Notes under the pieces: generated by a model
What the model saw: the letters and a program-made list of their open reading frames with translations, nothing else
What the model was told of the DNA's origin: nothing
The model's database searches: none
Shown: piece by piece, positions 12,110-26,320 of the stretch
How positions within the stretch are numbered: the first letter of the stretch is position 1
Layout: every line of letters starts with the position of its first letter
From: Octopus sinensis
Lineage: Eukaryota
NCBI RefSeq assembly: GCF_006345805.1
Contig: NC_042998.1
Coordinates: 146,630,001-146,694,000 of the forward strand
Length of the DNA: 64,000 nucleotides
Direction of reading: 5' to 3'
Made by a program: the position numbers and the translations under genes

Positions 12110-12166
12110 TTTATATAAACTTTCCATATGAATTATATAAAGCTTCATAGAAGTTATATGATTTAA

Positions 12167-12386
12167 CCCTTTAGCATTCACATTTTTCTATCAAGTATGA
12201 TGCTTGTTTATTCACATTGTTTTGAATAAATCATGCATTATCTCATAGTTTTGAGATTGCAATGATGTTATTGTTTAATTTTACAATGACATTGTAGGAT
12301 AGGTACGAGAAGCTGGACATGATCAGTTTGAACATAAAACAGGTAGATAATTTGGACCAGATATTGTTGGTTTAAATGCTAAAGGG
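12167..12386. mobile_element. piggyBac-type MITE, 79 bp from the exon donor
   Basis: TTAA (12163-12166) + CCCTTTAGCATT ... AATGCTAAAGGG + TTAA (12387-12390): perfect 12-bp TIR and TTAA TSD. Confidence 0.85.
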
Positions 12387-12465
12387 TTAAACTGAAATTA
12401 TAGGAGTATAAACTGTGAATGAAAAATGTCTCAGACATCCATTAAGAAACTAAATTGTGCCTTAC

Positions 12466-12550
12466 CTGATTTCGACCTCTCCGTTCTATACAACAACATA
12501 ACAGGTGAAATCTTCGGTCCCATTTTTCTTCATAAGCTCTCAAAGCTTTT
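12466..12550 (-). CDS. DAGLA: Next internal coding exon of the DAGL-alpha-like gene
   Basis: Acceptor cttcttgctttaatttcag|A at 12550 and donor AATCAG|gtaagg at 12466. 85 bp = 1 nt + 28 codons. Its first base completes the AG left by the 41042 exon (AGA, Arg), giving KALRAYEEKWDRRFHLLCCCIERRGRNQ, matching the DAGL W.RR..L..CC motif. Confidence 0.88.
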
Positions 12551-13618
12551 CTGAAATTAAAGCAAGAAGTGAAACTGTTTTAAGGGTTCAAAATTTTAGA
12601 CTAATTTTGGCAAGCTACTAAATATGGATTCACAAACACATGTATGTTCAACTCATGCCAGCACAAAACATGAACATTATATAAATGATGATGATATATA
12701 TATGGACGGATTTATGTGTATATAAGAACTCACACACAACCACTCTTGTTCATGTGATTGGTTTACACCAGCAACAGTTAAATGAATGCATATTATTGAG
12801 GTATAGTTCTACAGCTTGATACCCGACTTGTTGCTAATCCATACCTGTTTTTCCAAAAGTGCAGACTTAGCAGATGATTTGTTGACAGAAATGTCAACAA
12901 ACATTGCTGTTTGCCGCTAAGTACTTTTCTATGTGAAGTTCAGAATGCATACATTCACACACACACGTGTACATGTGTGTGTGTTCATTAGTTCATTTTT
13001 ATATATTTTTTTTCTTCTTTTTCATGCTTGCATGAGTTGAATGAATATTTGAGCTCCAACCTTCTATGGTAATATGATGAGTATTAGTGCATCTACATTA
13101 AACATACACATACGTACATACACAAAAATGCATGTGGTAAAGAGCATTATAACAGGAAGTCATTAAAAAATGAAATCTGACTTGATATGTACCAAATGTT
13201 TTATAAATAAAAATGCTATTTGTATATATTCAATGAAAATATTAGAGAATTTTTTTAATAATTTCATTATGATGCACAGTAAGGGGAATACTGTAATCAA
13301 TTCTACCTTACATGGTCTTATATTTATTTATACATTTTCACAAAACACAGATTTGTATGGTGGATGTAAAAATAGATGAGGAATAAACTGAATTGTAAAA
13401 TTTCTTCAAAAGCAAATAATTTACTTGGAAGTAGGAAAAAGATTGAAATATCTAAGTGAACAAAATAAAAAAACTTGTGGATGTATATTTAATTCCAGGT
13501 ATTTCATAAATTCTGTTTCTTTAGTTTCTGTAGAAACAGAATATTAATTGCTTGTTAGGATAGTTACTTGCATTAGGTAAACATATTCATAGAAAAATTT
13601 GCATATTTTTACTGTTGC

Positions 13619-13620
13619 AT

Positions 13621-13666
<46 letters not shown>

Positions 13667-13710
13667 GGAGAGAAAGAGAGAGAGAGAGAGAGAGGGAGGG
13701 AGAAAGAGAA
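13619..13710. repeat. Compound (GT)n(GA)n microsatellite
   Basis: Direct reading. Confidence 0.95.
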
Positions 13711-16605
13711 AGTGTGTGTATGTGTATATGCATGACTTTAACATGCTTTAATGTCTGCTTTGGTATAGTTTTTATGGCTGGATGCCCTTTCTACCATCAA
13801 CCATTTTACAAAGTGTACTGGCCACATTTTCTCACAGTACAAGCACTTACAAGGGTACCATATCCTTATAAGACTCTAGAGTCCTATCAATATTATGTGA
13901 TCTACACTGATTCATTAACCATTTCAGAAATTGTATTTTATTGTGGAACCAGAGCAAGTGAGGTTACCTCATATCTCTTAAGACTAGAGAAATCTTCACT
14001 TCTTTATGATGTATTTATTTTTTCAAAGTAATAAATCTGATAAGGTGAAGAGAAAAGAGTGTGATGACAGAAGAAAGAGGACAGGTGTATGAAGGAAGCC
14101 AGTGTATTATGATAGAAACACAGTAAGAGAGGGAGGGAAGAGAGAAAGTAATGATTAGTAATAGCAATAGAAATGGGTAATGATAAGAGTGACTGAATGG
14201 CTGTCAATTGGTTTAGGAGAGAGGATAACTGGCAATACAAAAAAAATATTGTATCACATACTACCATACTTGGTTATATTAGCAGAATAATACAATGAAT
14301 ATAGCAGAGGGTGAGTGGAACAAGGGGAGAGGAGTGTTAGAGAGATGAGTGGGTATCAAAGATAGGGAGGCAGTAGATGTAGGTTTATCACTACTACCTG
14401 TTTTTTAATGGTGGTTTTACCAAAATTGCACAAAAAAAGGGAGTCTTATCTTGCTAGTCATCTCAGTCATTTATCATCTTCCCCACAAGGGAAATGTTAG
14501 AAGATCCTTAACTGAAGACAATATTCATGTTCAGTTAGCCAATCTACATTCACAATATAAGTATATTGCAATCATATAATAAAATACGTTACAGTTTTTA
14601 AGAAGATACGCTTAATTGGTTTATGATTTTAGCAATGTTGATGCACATGGATTATTGTTCATTAAATATTTGGAGCAAATGTAAATATAATGAGCTTATA
14701 TTAAATGATGTTTAAGTTGGATGAGGTGTGGTTGCTGAGTACCGAATGTAATAGGATAAAAGTTCCACTGCTTCAGATCCTGCCACTTGTATTTTCTGTA
14801 TTTATCAACAAAGCTGTTAAGTAGATAACATATTCTCTTCACAGTTGAAAGACACACTAAGAGCATCTAGCACTAAAACATTTGTTTATATCTGAATTAT
14901 GTAAGTATCTAATCCATGGTAACATAGAAAAATAAACATAAAACCAAACAGCAACAAAAAAAATTCTAATCCATAAAATGTGAACCACTCACTGCTTTAT
15001 TATCACTACCTGATCTTTCATACCCTTTGACACCTCAAATCAGCTGGCCTCACCAGTTCTGTGATAACAATCCTTGGTAAGTCATGTGCTTCACCTCTGA
15101 TCTGTCAGAAGCAGAAACCATTCTATTAGGCATATCCCTCCATGTCTCATACACAACAAAACTTCACTATCTCAAGTCTCTCAAGTGGCTCACTCATAGA
15201 TGGTTTCAGCACTTCAAATGATAAACTAAAGTCCATAATGCTTAAAGGAAAGCACCCACTCCTGTATGGCTCTTACATATTACTGCAACTCCTTAGAGGA
15301 CATCATCTAAACCACAATGGATGTGTCTGTTTGTCACACAACCCTCAAGCTTTCTCACTTCCAAAACTGCAGCAAATACTTTTGATTCTTTGCTAAAAAG
15401 ATCTTCACCAACATTGTGGAATCTTTATTTTCTTGTCTAATCATGAAAGTTATTTAAACAATACTCTCACATTCTTTACTGCCTCCTTTGGATCCAACTC
15501 CACACACGAACATACTATGTAAATCTTCTCCAGATCTACCCTATTCCACTCCACAAGGCTCATAACCATACACACATGAGCCAAATACCTCCAGTTACTT
15601 CAAACCAATGAGGTCACTAACTCTAACAAAGTCCTTTTCATTGCCCTCAGACACTATGCCTCAGTGCTAACACCTGTACTCACCAAACTTTGCAAGCTCT
15701 CTCCCTCTCTATCAGAGACCACTGAAGATCGTAAGCATTAACCCTTTCTCTAGGCCTAACAAATAAACAAATAAATAATTGGTTGGCATTAAGAAGGGTA
15801 TTTAGCCAGAAAAATCAAGTCAAGGTCATCACACAATAACAGAAAACTCCAACAATAATGACACTGCCAATGTTGATGCCAACAATGATGTGGGGGTAAT
15901 GGATTTGGAGATTTTGCAAACAAAGTTCCACACAAGCCCTATTGTGTCTATGTGTATTAAGGAGGTGATTATTAAGTCTTAATTTACATTGATCACAGGA
16001 ACTTGATTATATAAATGACCTTCATTAAATCAGTGAAGAATGTTTGGGAAAATAAGTTCTTTGAAAATTGATAGTGAAGTAATGAAAGGCTAATTACTTT
16101 CAATTGCTAACCACACAATTCAAGTCTTAAAAAAAAAATGTATGCATGACTACATTGTAGTTTATTGATTGTATTTGTTAATTTTGTGTTAATTGTATTA
16201 ATTACATACTTTTCTGTCTTGTTTTCCTTCTTTCTGATCAAGACTAACTGTTTGCATTGAAAATAAGCACTGGTTAACACAAGATAATAGTCTTTCTTTC
16301 TGGTGATATTTAAATGATGTGAAACTAATTAATATGTATTAATTTTACTGCAGTTATTACCCTTAACTTTGGATGATGTTACAGAAATTAATTTTTTTAT
16401 GGTTTCAAAGTTATAATATATATACATATGTACATATACTAATACACATGTGCAAACATTTATGTATGCATAGATATATGTATTTCTGTGTATATATGGT
16501 CATTATTCAGTTTATTCCAAGGTTTCTTGCTAATAGAGAAAGAACCAGTTTCTAACCTAGATCCAAGGTTCCTTCATTGGAATTTCAGCATCAACAACAG
16601 GGAAG

Positions 16606-16850
16606 GTAGGTAGGTAGGCAGGCAGGTAAGCATGCATGCATGCATGTATGTATGTATGTACGTACGTACGCATCTATGTATGTATCTCTGTACATACATA
16701 TGCATCTATGTATGTATGTATGTACGTACGTACGCATCTATGTATGTACATACGTACGCATCTATGTATGTACGTACATACGCACGTATGTATGTATGTA
16801 CGTACGTACGCATGTATGTATGTATGGATGTATGTATGTGCAGATTTGTG
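16606..16850. repeat. Compound GTAG/GCAT/GTAT/GTAC microsatellite inside the R4-type 3' UTR
   Basis: Direct reading; explains ORFs 16632-16912. Confidence 0.9.
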
Positions 16851-17049
16851 TGTTTTATGTATGTATTCTCATGTATAGAGTTGCATATCTAGACATGCTC
16901 ATATATATTTAAATGATAAACTTTTGGAAAGTTTTACAGATTTTTACAGTTCCAGTGATGGATTGGATCTGTAACCTTGAATTAGCTTTCTCCTTTCTGG
17001 TTTTGAGAAGCCTAATTTCTCAAGATTGTATTTAGGCAGTGTGTTACAT

Positions 17050-17412
17050 ATTCTTTTACGGGTTTTTTTAAAGGATTTTTACGGATTCCATGGACAGCGA
17101 GGCTCACCAATGGAGAAGTTCTTAAGCAGATCAGGCTCAAAATGTCGCTAGAAGCTAGGATCACCAAGCATAGATTGGCATATTTCGGTCAAATTATGCG
17201 GAGGAAATCCCTGGAGAAGGACATCATGCTCGGAATGGTCAGTGGCAAGAGAGGAAGAGGCCGACCAAGAACCCGCTGGCTTGACACCATCAAGAGGGAT
17301 ACCAGAATGGACATAGCCAATCTGAAAGAAGCGGCCCAGGATAGAACTGACTGGAGGACACTGATCCAACAAGTGACCGAGAGTCGACTTCAACTGAGCG
17401 GATAGATAGATA
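17050..17412 (+). mobile_element. BovB-like RTE LINE 3' fragment nested in the R4-type element
   Basis: RIPWTARLTN...SLEARITKHRLAYFGQIMRRKSLEKDIMLGMVSGKRGRGRPRTRWLD...DRTDWR; (GATA)n tail; 7-bp TSD GTTACAT at 17043-17049 and 17413-17419. Confidence 0.88.
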
Positions 17413-19233
17413 GTTACATGTCCCAGGGCCTCAATAATTACAGGTATAAACCAGAACTTGTAATCTAGAGAGAGTAGCTGTAGATTTCTCAATAGTTCAG
17501 CATAGGTGTTCTCTTTTTTACTGATCTTCAGCTTTATGTAAACATCCACTGGGTAGCTAATTTCTACAACTGTACACAGTTTCTCTTCTCTATCCCAAAT
17601 CATTATATCAGGTCTGTTGTGCTTACATTTTATTGAGGTCTTCATTGGTACATTCCATCAGTATTCCTTTTCATTATGAGTGGCTATGGCTTCTACCATA
17701 TTGTAGGATTTTGTTTCTTTGTCCTCGGGATTATTCTTCCAATGGATTTCCTTATAGAGTGTCCTAGCTACAACGTCATGTCTCATTGGTAGATAATAGA
17801 GTCATGACATCTTTGGACAGCTGCTTATGATGTGGGTGATATCTTCAGTGTGAACTCCACAAAGTTTACATCAGTTGTCACATTTTACAGCTTTTCCTGC
17901 ATCTCATTCCCTTTTGTACATCAGGTACTTGGTTGATATTTCCTGTTCCTAGATTGCAAACGCATACTCTTCAAAGTGGGAGGTAATAATCTGAGTATTT
18001 GTCCATAATAAACTGCTTTGATGATCGATGTCACTATCATCACAGAGCTTTCTATTAACATATCCATGCATAGTCTTCGGCTCATACAGGCTCATCCTTT
18101 CATCTGATAATATGTTGCAGTAGAGTTGTGCGACTTCTTTAGTCATGTATTCTAGGTTATCAGACAAAGAGTGTTGCTCAAGGAGCTGCCTTCCAAGTCT
18201 TATGATGTTATCAGCTTCATGCATGCAAACTTGGTCAAGGGATGCACTTCGATGCTTGGTGGTAAAAAGATGTTACCGAAGGGATATGATGCGATATTCA
18301 AAGGCATTTTGGATTGATGTTAAGCCTCTGCCATTTTGTTTACATTTTAGGTAGAGGCTGTCTACACCGTTTATGTGGAAATTATGAGTGCTTGTTAGTA
18401 TTATTCAGATTTTCACATCAATGGCTTGGATCTCATCAAGCATCCAGTCAAGCAGCCCAAATGTTGGTATGAGTACTGGCACTGCAAACACATTGTGGGC
18501 CACTGTTTTATTGAATGCAGAGAGTTCTGAGATCCAAATTTTTTCTATTTGGCTGTAATATTCTTTAGTGACACGTGTTTTGTTACAGGTGTCATTATAA
18601 AATATATTTTTATCCACCCCTAGATATCTGTAACATTCCTTGTCAGATACAGGGGAAACAGTCAGATCATTGACGGAGCTGCTACTAGACTGGTTTATAG
18701 TTTTCACCCTTTTCACAACTATATAACAACATTTATCCTGACCAAACTCCAACACTACATCCTTTGAGTATGTTGCAACTAGGTCAATGCTCTTTTTCAT
18801 CCCAGGCATATTCTTTGCATAAAGTTTTAAGTCATCCACAAAGAAACTGTAATTTTGGTATTTCTGTTCCCTTGTGACTCACTGAGATACCCTTCAGACT
18901 TCATTAACATGAATGACAAGGGGTTTACAGAAAGTATAAACAACATCACAGAGAGGTTGTCTTCTTGGAATATGCCTTTGTGATATTGTATTCTATTGGT
19001 AATAATTGAATGAATGAATGTATGTGCGTGTGTGTGTATGTGCAGATTAGTATGTTTTATGTATGTATTCTCATACATATAGTTACATATCTAGACAAGC
19101 TCATATATATTTAAATGATAAACTTCTGGAAAGCTTTACAGATTTTTACAGTTCCAGTGAAGGACTAGATCTGTAGTCTTCAAATTAGCTTTCTCCTTTC
19201 TGGTTTTGAGAAGCATAATTTCTCAAGATTGTG

Positions 19234-19299
<66 letters not shown>

Positions 19300-19542
19300 T
19301 GTATGTATACATACTTATATATATATATATACATACGTACGTATGTGTGTTTTTTCAGTGTTACAAATAACACACAAAAAAATAAATAAACAGTTACTGG
19401 GGTAGCAAAAATTCACACAAGTAACAAGGATGTAACAACCTATTTATAAAGGTAGAAACTCCGAGTTAAGGTGAAATGTTTTGTATAATATAGATAAATA
19501 AATTAATGAAGTTAAACGCAGGTATTATTCAAATTCTTTTAC

Positions 19543-19628
19543 TTCCGACATATGTCTCGAAGACAACATCGGTATTATTCCAGAAGAAATAAAATGGTGT
19601 AAAACAATGTATTCTTCTCATCAGGGAA
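19543..19628 (-). ncRNA. Type-I hammerhead ribozyme motif with an A14G core change
   Basis: Minus strand: tttcc CTGATGA GAAGA-atacattg...cgatgttg-TCTTC GAGAC atat GTC ggaag. Stem I uuucc/ggaag, stem II G10.1-C11.1, stem III AC-AUAU-GU, GUC cleavage triplet. Confidence 0.75.
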
Positions 19629-19728
19629 AGAAACCAAACACATCAATAAGATATTTTAACACCCTTCATCATTATATGCAGTTATCACATTCTGTTAAAA
19701 TGTCTTATTGATGTGTTTGGTTTCTTTC

Positions 19729-19814
19729 TTTCCATGATGAGAAGATTGCATTGTTTCACACCGTTTTATTCCTTCTGGAATAATACCAATGTTGTCTTCG
19801 AAACATGTCAGAAG
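19729..19814 (+). ncRNA. Type-I hammerhead ribozyme motif with a C3A core change
   Basis: tttcc ATGATGA GAAGA...TCTTC GAAAC at GTC agaag. Confidence 0.7.
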
Positions 19815-19865
19815 TAAAAAAATTTAAATAACACCTGCGTTTAACTCCATTTATTTATTTATTTA

Positions 19866-19874
19866 TATACATAC

Positions 19875-19920
<46 letters not shown>

Positions 19921-20060
19921 TATATATATATTATATATATATCTATATATATATCTATATATATATATATATATATATATATCTATATATATATATATAT
20001 CTATATATATATATATATCTATATATATTATATATATATATATCTTATATATATAATATA
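19866..20060. repeat. Interrupted (TA)n tract
   Basis: Direct reading. Confidence 0.95.
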
Positions 20061-21066
20061 TCTTTCCTATCTCTCTCTCTACAAAATTTAACCTTAGGCT
20101 ACCTCAAGCCGTAATCCCATCTCTTCCCATCTTTCCGCCATTGGCGGTGCGCCGCCCCCCCACCCCCACCACCAATACCGGTGAACTCTGTTCTCACCAC
20201 CACCACCACCAATACCGGTGAACACTGTTCTCACCCCCCACCACCAATACCAGTATACCCTGTTCTCACCATCTACACTGGATACGCCTTACTCATCTAC
20301 ACCGGGTACGCCCTACTCCCTCCCCCTCCCCCCACTACCCCTTCTCCTCATATGCTTTCACTGTGAAAAGAGAAGCTGCTAGCGCCATAGCTCATCAACT
20401 GCCCACCGATCTTACGCTTCCTCCTGACACTGCCTCATTCCGACCATCCCCTTTAGTACCCTCCCGCCTCGTAATATCCTACGTTTTTATTTCAATATCC
20501 TACGTTTTTATTTCTTAGGAACCTTCACCAACCCCTTCCTGCCATCGTTCCTCCTTACCCCAACCTTCCCCACTGGTTGCTCCCCTATATTACCCGCCTC
20601 AACTGGCCCCCCCTCCCCAACTCAACTCTAGAATATCTGTATTTCTTTCCTCTACCTAATTACGTTACTCAGTGACGATAAATGCTGTGACTACAAAGAC
20701 CCGGGCTGCTTTCTGCAGCAATTCCACATACCCCCTACCCATTCTAAGTACCCCGGATCCCCAAAGTACCCTGGATCCCCAAAGTACCCCGATCCCCAAA
20801 GTACCCCGGACCTCGTTGCCCCCGTGCCGCTGACACGTTAAAATGCTCGAACCGAACGTGACGATGCCGGACCCTCCGGCCCCTGTGCAGGTGGCACGTA
20901 AAAAGCACCCAATCCACTCACGGAGTGGTGGCGTTAGGAAGGGCATCCAGCCGTAGAAACTCTGCCAGATTCAGACTGGAGCCTGGTGCGACCCCTGGCT
21001 TCCCAGACCCGGTCAAACCGTCCAACCCGTGCTAGCGCGGAAAGCGGACGTTAAACGATGATGATG
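20061..21066 (+). mobile_element. Unclassified C-rich, CpG-retaining sequence fused to an RTE 3' tail
   Basis: ~750 bp pyrimidine-rich segment with internal tandem repeats, then an RTE tail (~20815-21066) ending ggacgttaaacgatgatgatga; TA tracts on both sides. Confidence 0.5.
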
Positions 21067-23800
<2,734 letters not shown>

Positions 23801-26288
23801 ATCATCTCATCATCATCATCATCATCGTTTAACGTCCGCTTTCCATGCTAGCATGGGTTGGACGGTTCAACTGGGGTCTGGGAAGCCCGAAGGCTGCACC
23901 AGGCCAGTCAGATGTGGCAGTGTTTCTACAGCTGGATGCCCTTCCTAACGCCAACCACTCCGAGAGTGTAGTGGGTGATTTTTGTGCCACCGACACAGGT
24001 GCCAGACGAGCTGGCAGACGGCCACGCTCGGATGGTGTTTTTTATGTGCCACCGACACAGGTGCCAGACGAGGCTGGCAGACGGCCACGCTCGGATGTGT
24101 TTTTTTATGTGCCACCGACACAGGTGCCAGACGAGGCTGGCAGACGGCCACGCTCGGATGGTGTTTTTTATGTGCCACCGACACAGGTGCCAGACGAGGC
24201 TGGCAGACGGCCACGCTCGGATGGTGTTTTCTTATGTGTCACCGACACAGGTGCTAGACGAGGCTGGCGGACGGCCACGCTCGGATGGTGTTTGTTACGT
24301 GCCCTCAGCACGGAGGCCAGTCATTGCGGTACTGGCTACGGTCACGTTCGGATGGTTTTCTTATGTGCCACCGCACTGGTACCACAAGGATACAAATTCC
24401 ATTGATGTTCATCTATTTTGATTTGGTTTCGATTTGATTTGATACGATTCGATTCGATTCTCACTTGCCTCAACAGGTCTTCACAAGTGTCACAAGAAGG
24501 AAGGTATGCACAGGTGGACTGACTACGTCCCAGGTAGGGGCCACGGATTATGGCTTCACTAGTCTTGCCGGGTCTTCTCACGCACAGCATACTTCCATAG
24601 GTCTCGGTCTCTAGTCATTTCCATGGTGAGACCTAACGTCCGAAGGTCGTGCTTCACCACCTCGTCCCAGGTTTCCTGGGTCTACCTCTTCCACGGGTTC
24701 CCTCAACTGCTAGGGATTGGCACTTTCTCACACACCTCCTCTTCATCCATTCTCGCCACATGACCATACCAGCGCAATCGTCTCTCTTGCACACAACAAC
24801 TGATGCTTCTTAGGTACAACATTTCTCTCAAGGTACTAACGCTCTGTCGAGTAAGTACACTGACATTACACATCCATCGGAGCATACTGGCTTCGTTCCT
24901 CACGAGCTTACGCATGTCCTCAGCAGTCACGGCCCATGTTTCACTGCCATGTAGCATAGCTGTTCGTACACATGCATCATACAGTCTGCCTTTTACTCTG
25001 AGCGAGAGCCTTTAGTCACCAGCAGAGGTAAGAGCTCCCTAAACTTTGCCCAGGCTATTCTTATTCTAGCAGTTACACTTACACTTTCAGCGCACCCACC
25101 CCCACTACTGACTTGGTCACCTAGATAGCGGAAACTATCAACTACTTCTAGTTTTTTCCCCCCGGAAAGTGACAGAAGTTGTTTTCTGCAGATTTTCGGA
25201 GGTCAGTGCTCCAGAGCACCTGCCACATACAAAAACTATCTTCCCAGTTAGCCTACCTTTGACATTGCTGCACCTCTTATGTGTCCATAGCTTACACTGG
25301 GTACATCTTATAGAGTTTCTACCTACACCTTTTCTACAGATCGAACAGGGCCATCTTCCTGATGATATTTGTGGGTTTTCTACCTTTCTACTTATTAGTA
25401 CTTTGGTTTTAGCTAGGTTGACTCTAAGGCCCCTCGATTCTAAACCCTCCTTCCACACCTGGAACTTCTCCTCCAGTTCTGATAGTGACTCAGCGATTAG
25501 AGCGAGGTCGTCAGCATAGAGGAGCTCCCAGGGGCAACCGGACTTGAATTCCTCCGTTATTGCCTGGAGGACTATGATAAATAGGAGGGGGCTGAGTACT
25601 GAACCCTGGTGGACCCCAACCTCTACTTTGAATTCTTCTGTGGTACATGTTGCCAACTCTAACCTTACTTACGGCATCTCTGTACATGGCTTGCACAGCC
25701 CTCACCAGCCATTCATCTATCCCTAGTTTCCTCATTGACCACCAGATGAGGGATCGGGGGACCCTATCAAAGGCTTTCTCCATGTCAACAAAAGCCAGGT
25801 ACAGGGGCTTATCCTTGGCTAGGTATTTCTCCTGCAGCTGCCTTACCAGGAATATAGCATCAGTGGTGCTTTTCCCTGGGACAAACCCAAACTGCATCTC
25901 ATCTAAACTAACTCTCTCTCTAATTAGTTGGGCTAAGACCCTCTCCGTAACCTTCATTACCTGATCCAACAGCTTGATACCTCTGTAATTATTTGTATCC
26001 AGGGCATCACCTTCCTTTGTAGCAGTTGACTAGTATGCTGCTACACCAGTCATTGGGTATGATCCTTCGTGTATCACCTGGTTGACTATACGGGTGACTA
26101 GGTTATAGCCGACACTGCCAGATATTTTGAGCATCTCTGCAGTAATTCCTGATGGGCCTGGGGCTTTCCCTGTCTTCATGCTCCTAACTGCCTTAGCTAC
26201 TACGGAACTATCAACTCGGATAGCTGGTCCCTCTGTTGGGTCAACATTTGGCAGACTCTCTTTATCCCATTCATTTTCTTTATTCAGC
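23801..26288 (-). mobile_element. 5'-truncated RTE-clade LINE with frameshifts
   Basis: QFGFVPGKSTTDAIF, AFVDMEKAFDRV, GVHQGSVLSPLLF, LLYADD; 3' UTR with ~62-bp tandem units; (GAT)n tail; close relative of 46487-49546. Confidence 0.95.

Positions 26289-26320
<32 letters not shown>

Larger units (their letters stand above)
16490..19232 (-). mobile_element. R4/Dong-type RLE non-LTR retrotransposon, 5'-truncated, interrupted, with a duplicated 3' segment
   Basis: Minus strand: YHKGIFQEDNLSVMLF, MDDLKLY, CKLCGVHTEDITHIISSC (CCHC), NRPDIMIWD..VVEIS..KENTY (RLE), IPVIIEALG, C terminus LQIQSITGTVKICKTFQKFII*. The C-terminus/3' UTR block occurs at both ~16840-17032 and ~19040-19232. Confidence 0.85.
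19494..19861. repeat. Foldback element with ~168-bp arms and a 31-bp loop, each arm carrying a hammerhead motif (family H2)
   Basis: 19494-19661 is the reverse complement of 19693-19861. Confidence 0.9.

Noticed and set aside
13615-14031. 138-aa ORF with an ER repeat
   Set aside because: Derived from (GT)n(GA)n plus a degenerate RTE tail.
15100-15760. Possible very old LINE fragment (plus strand)
   Set aside because: Only faint motif resemblance; too degenerate to call.
16538-16587. Hammerhead-like relic (CCAAUGAAG...GAAACUGGUU) in the R4-type 3' UTR, minus strand
   Set aside because: Two core positions deviate from CUGAUGA, the stem II closing pair is a mismatch and stem I is not clean. 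Worth revisiting only with a family consensus.
16632-16912. Three overlapping 80-90 aa ORFs (MYVC/TY repeats)
   Set aside because: Translations of a compound microsatellite.
23845-24421. Repeat-peptide ORFs (VPPTQVPDEAGRRPRSDG)n and a CRISPR-like appearance
   Set aside because: Units are near-identical with no unique spacers, lie in the RTE 3' UTR, are open in several frames, and there is no cas gene. Treated as a UTR minisatellite.
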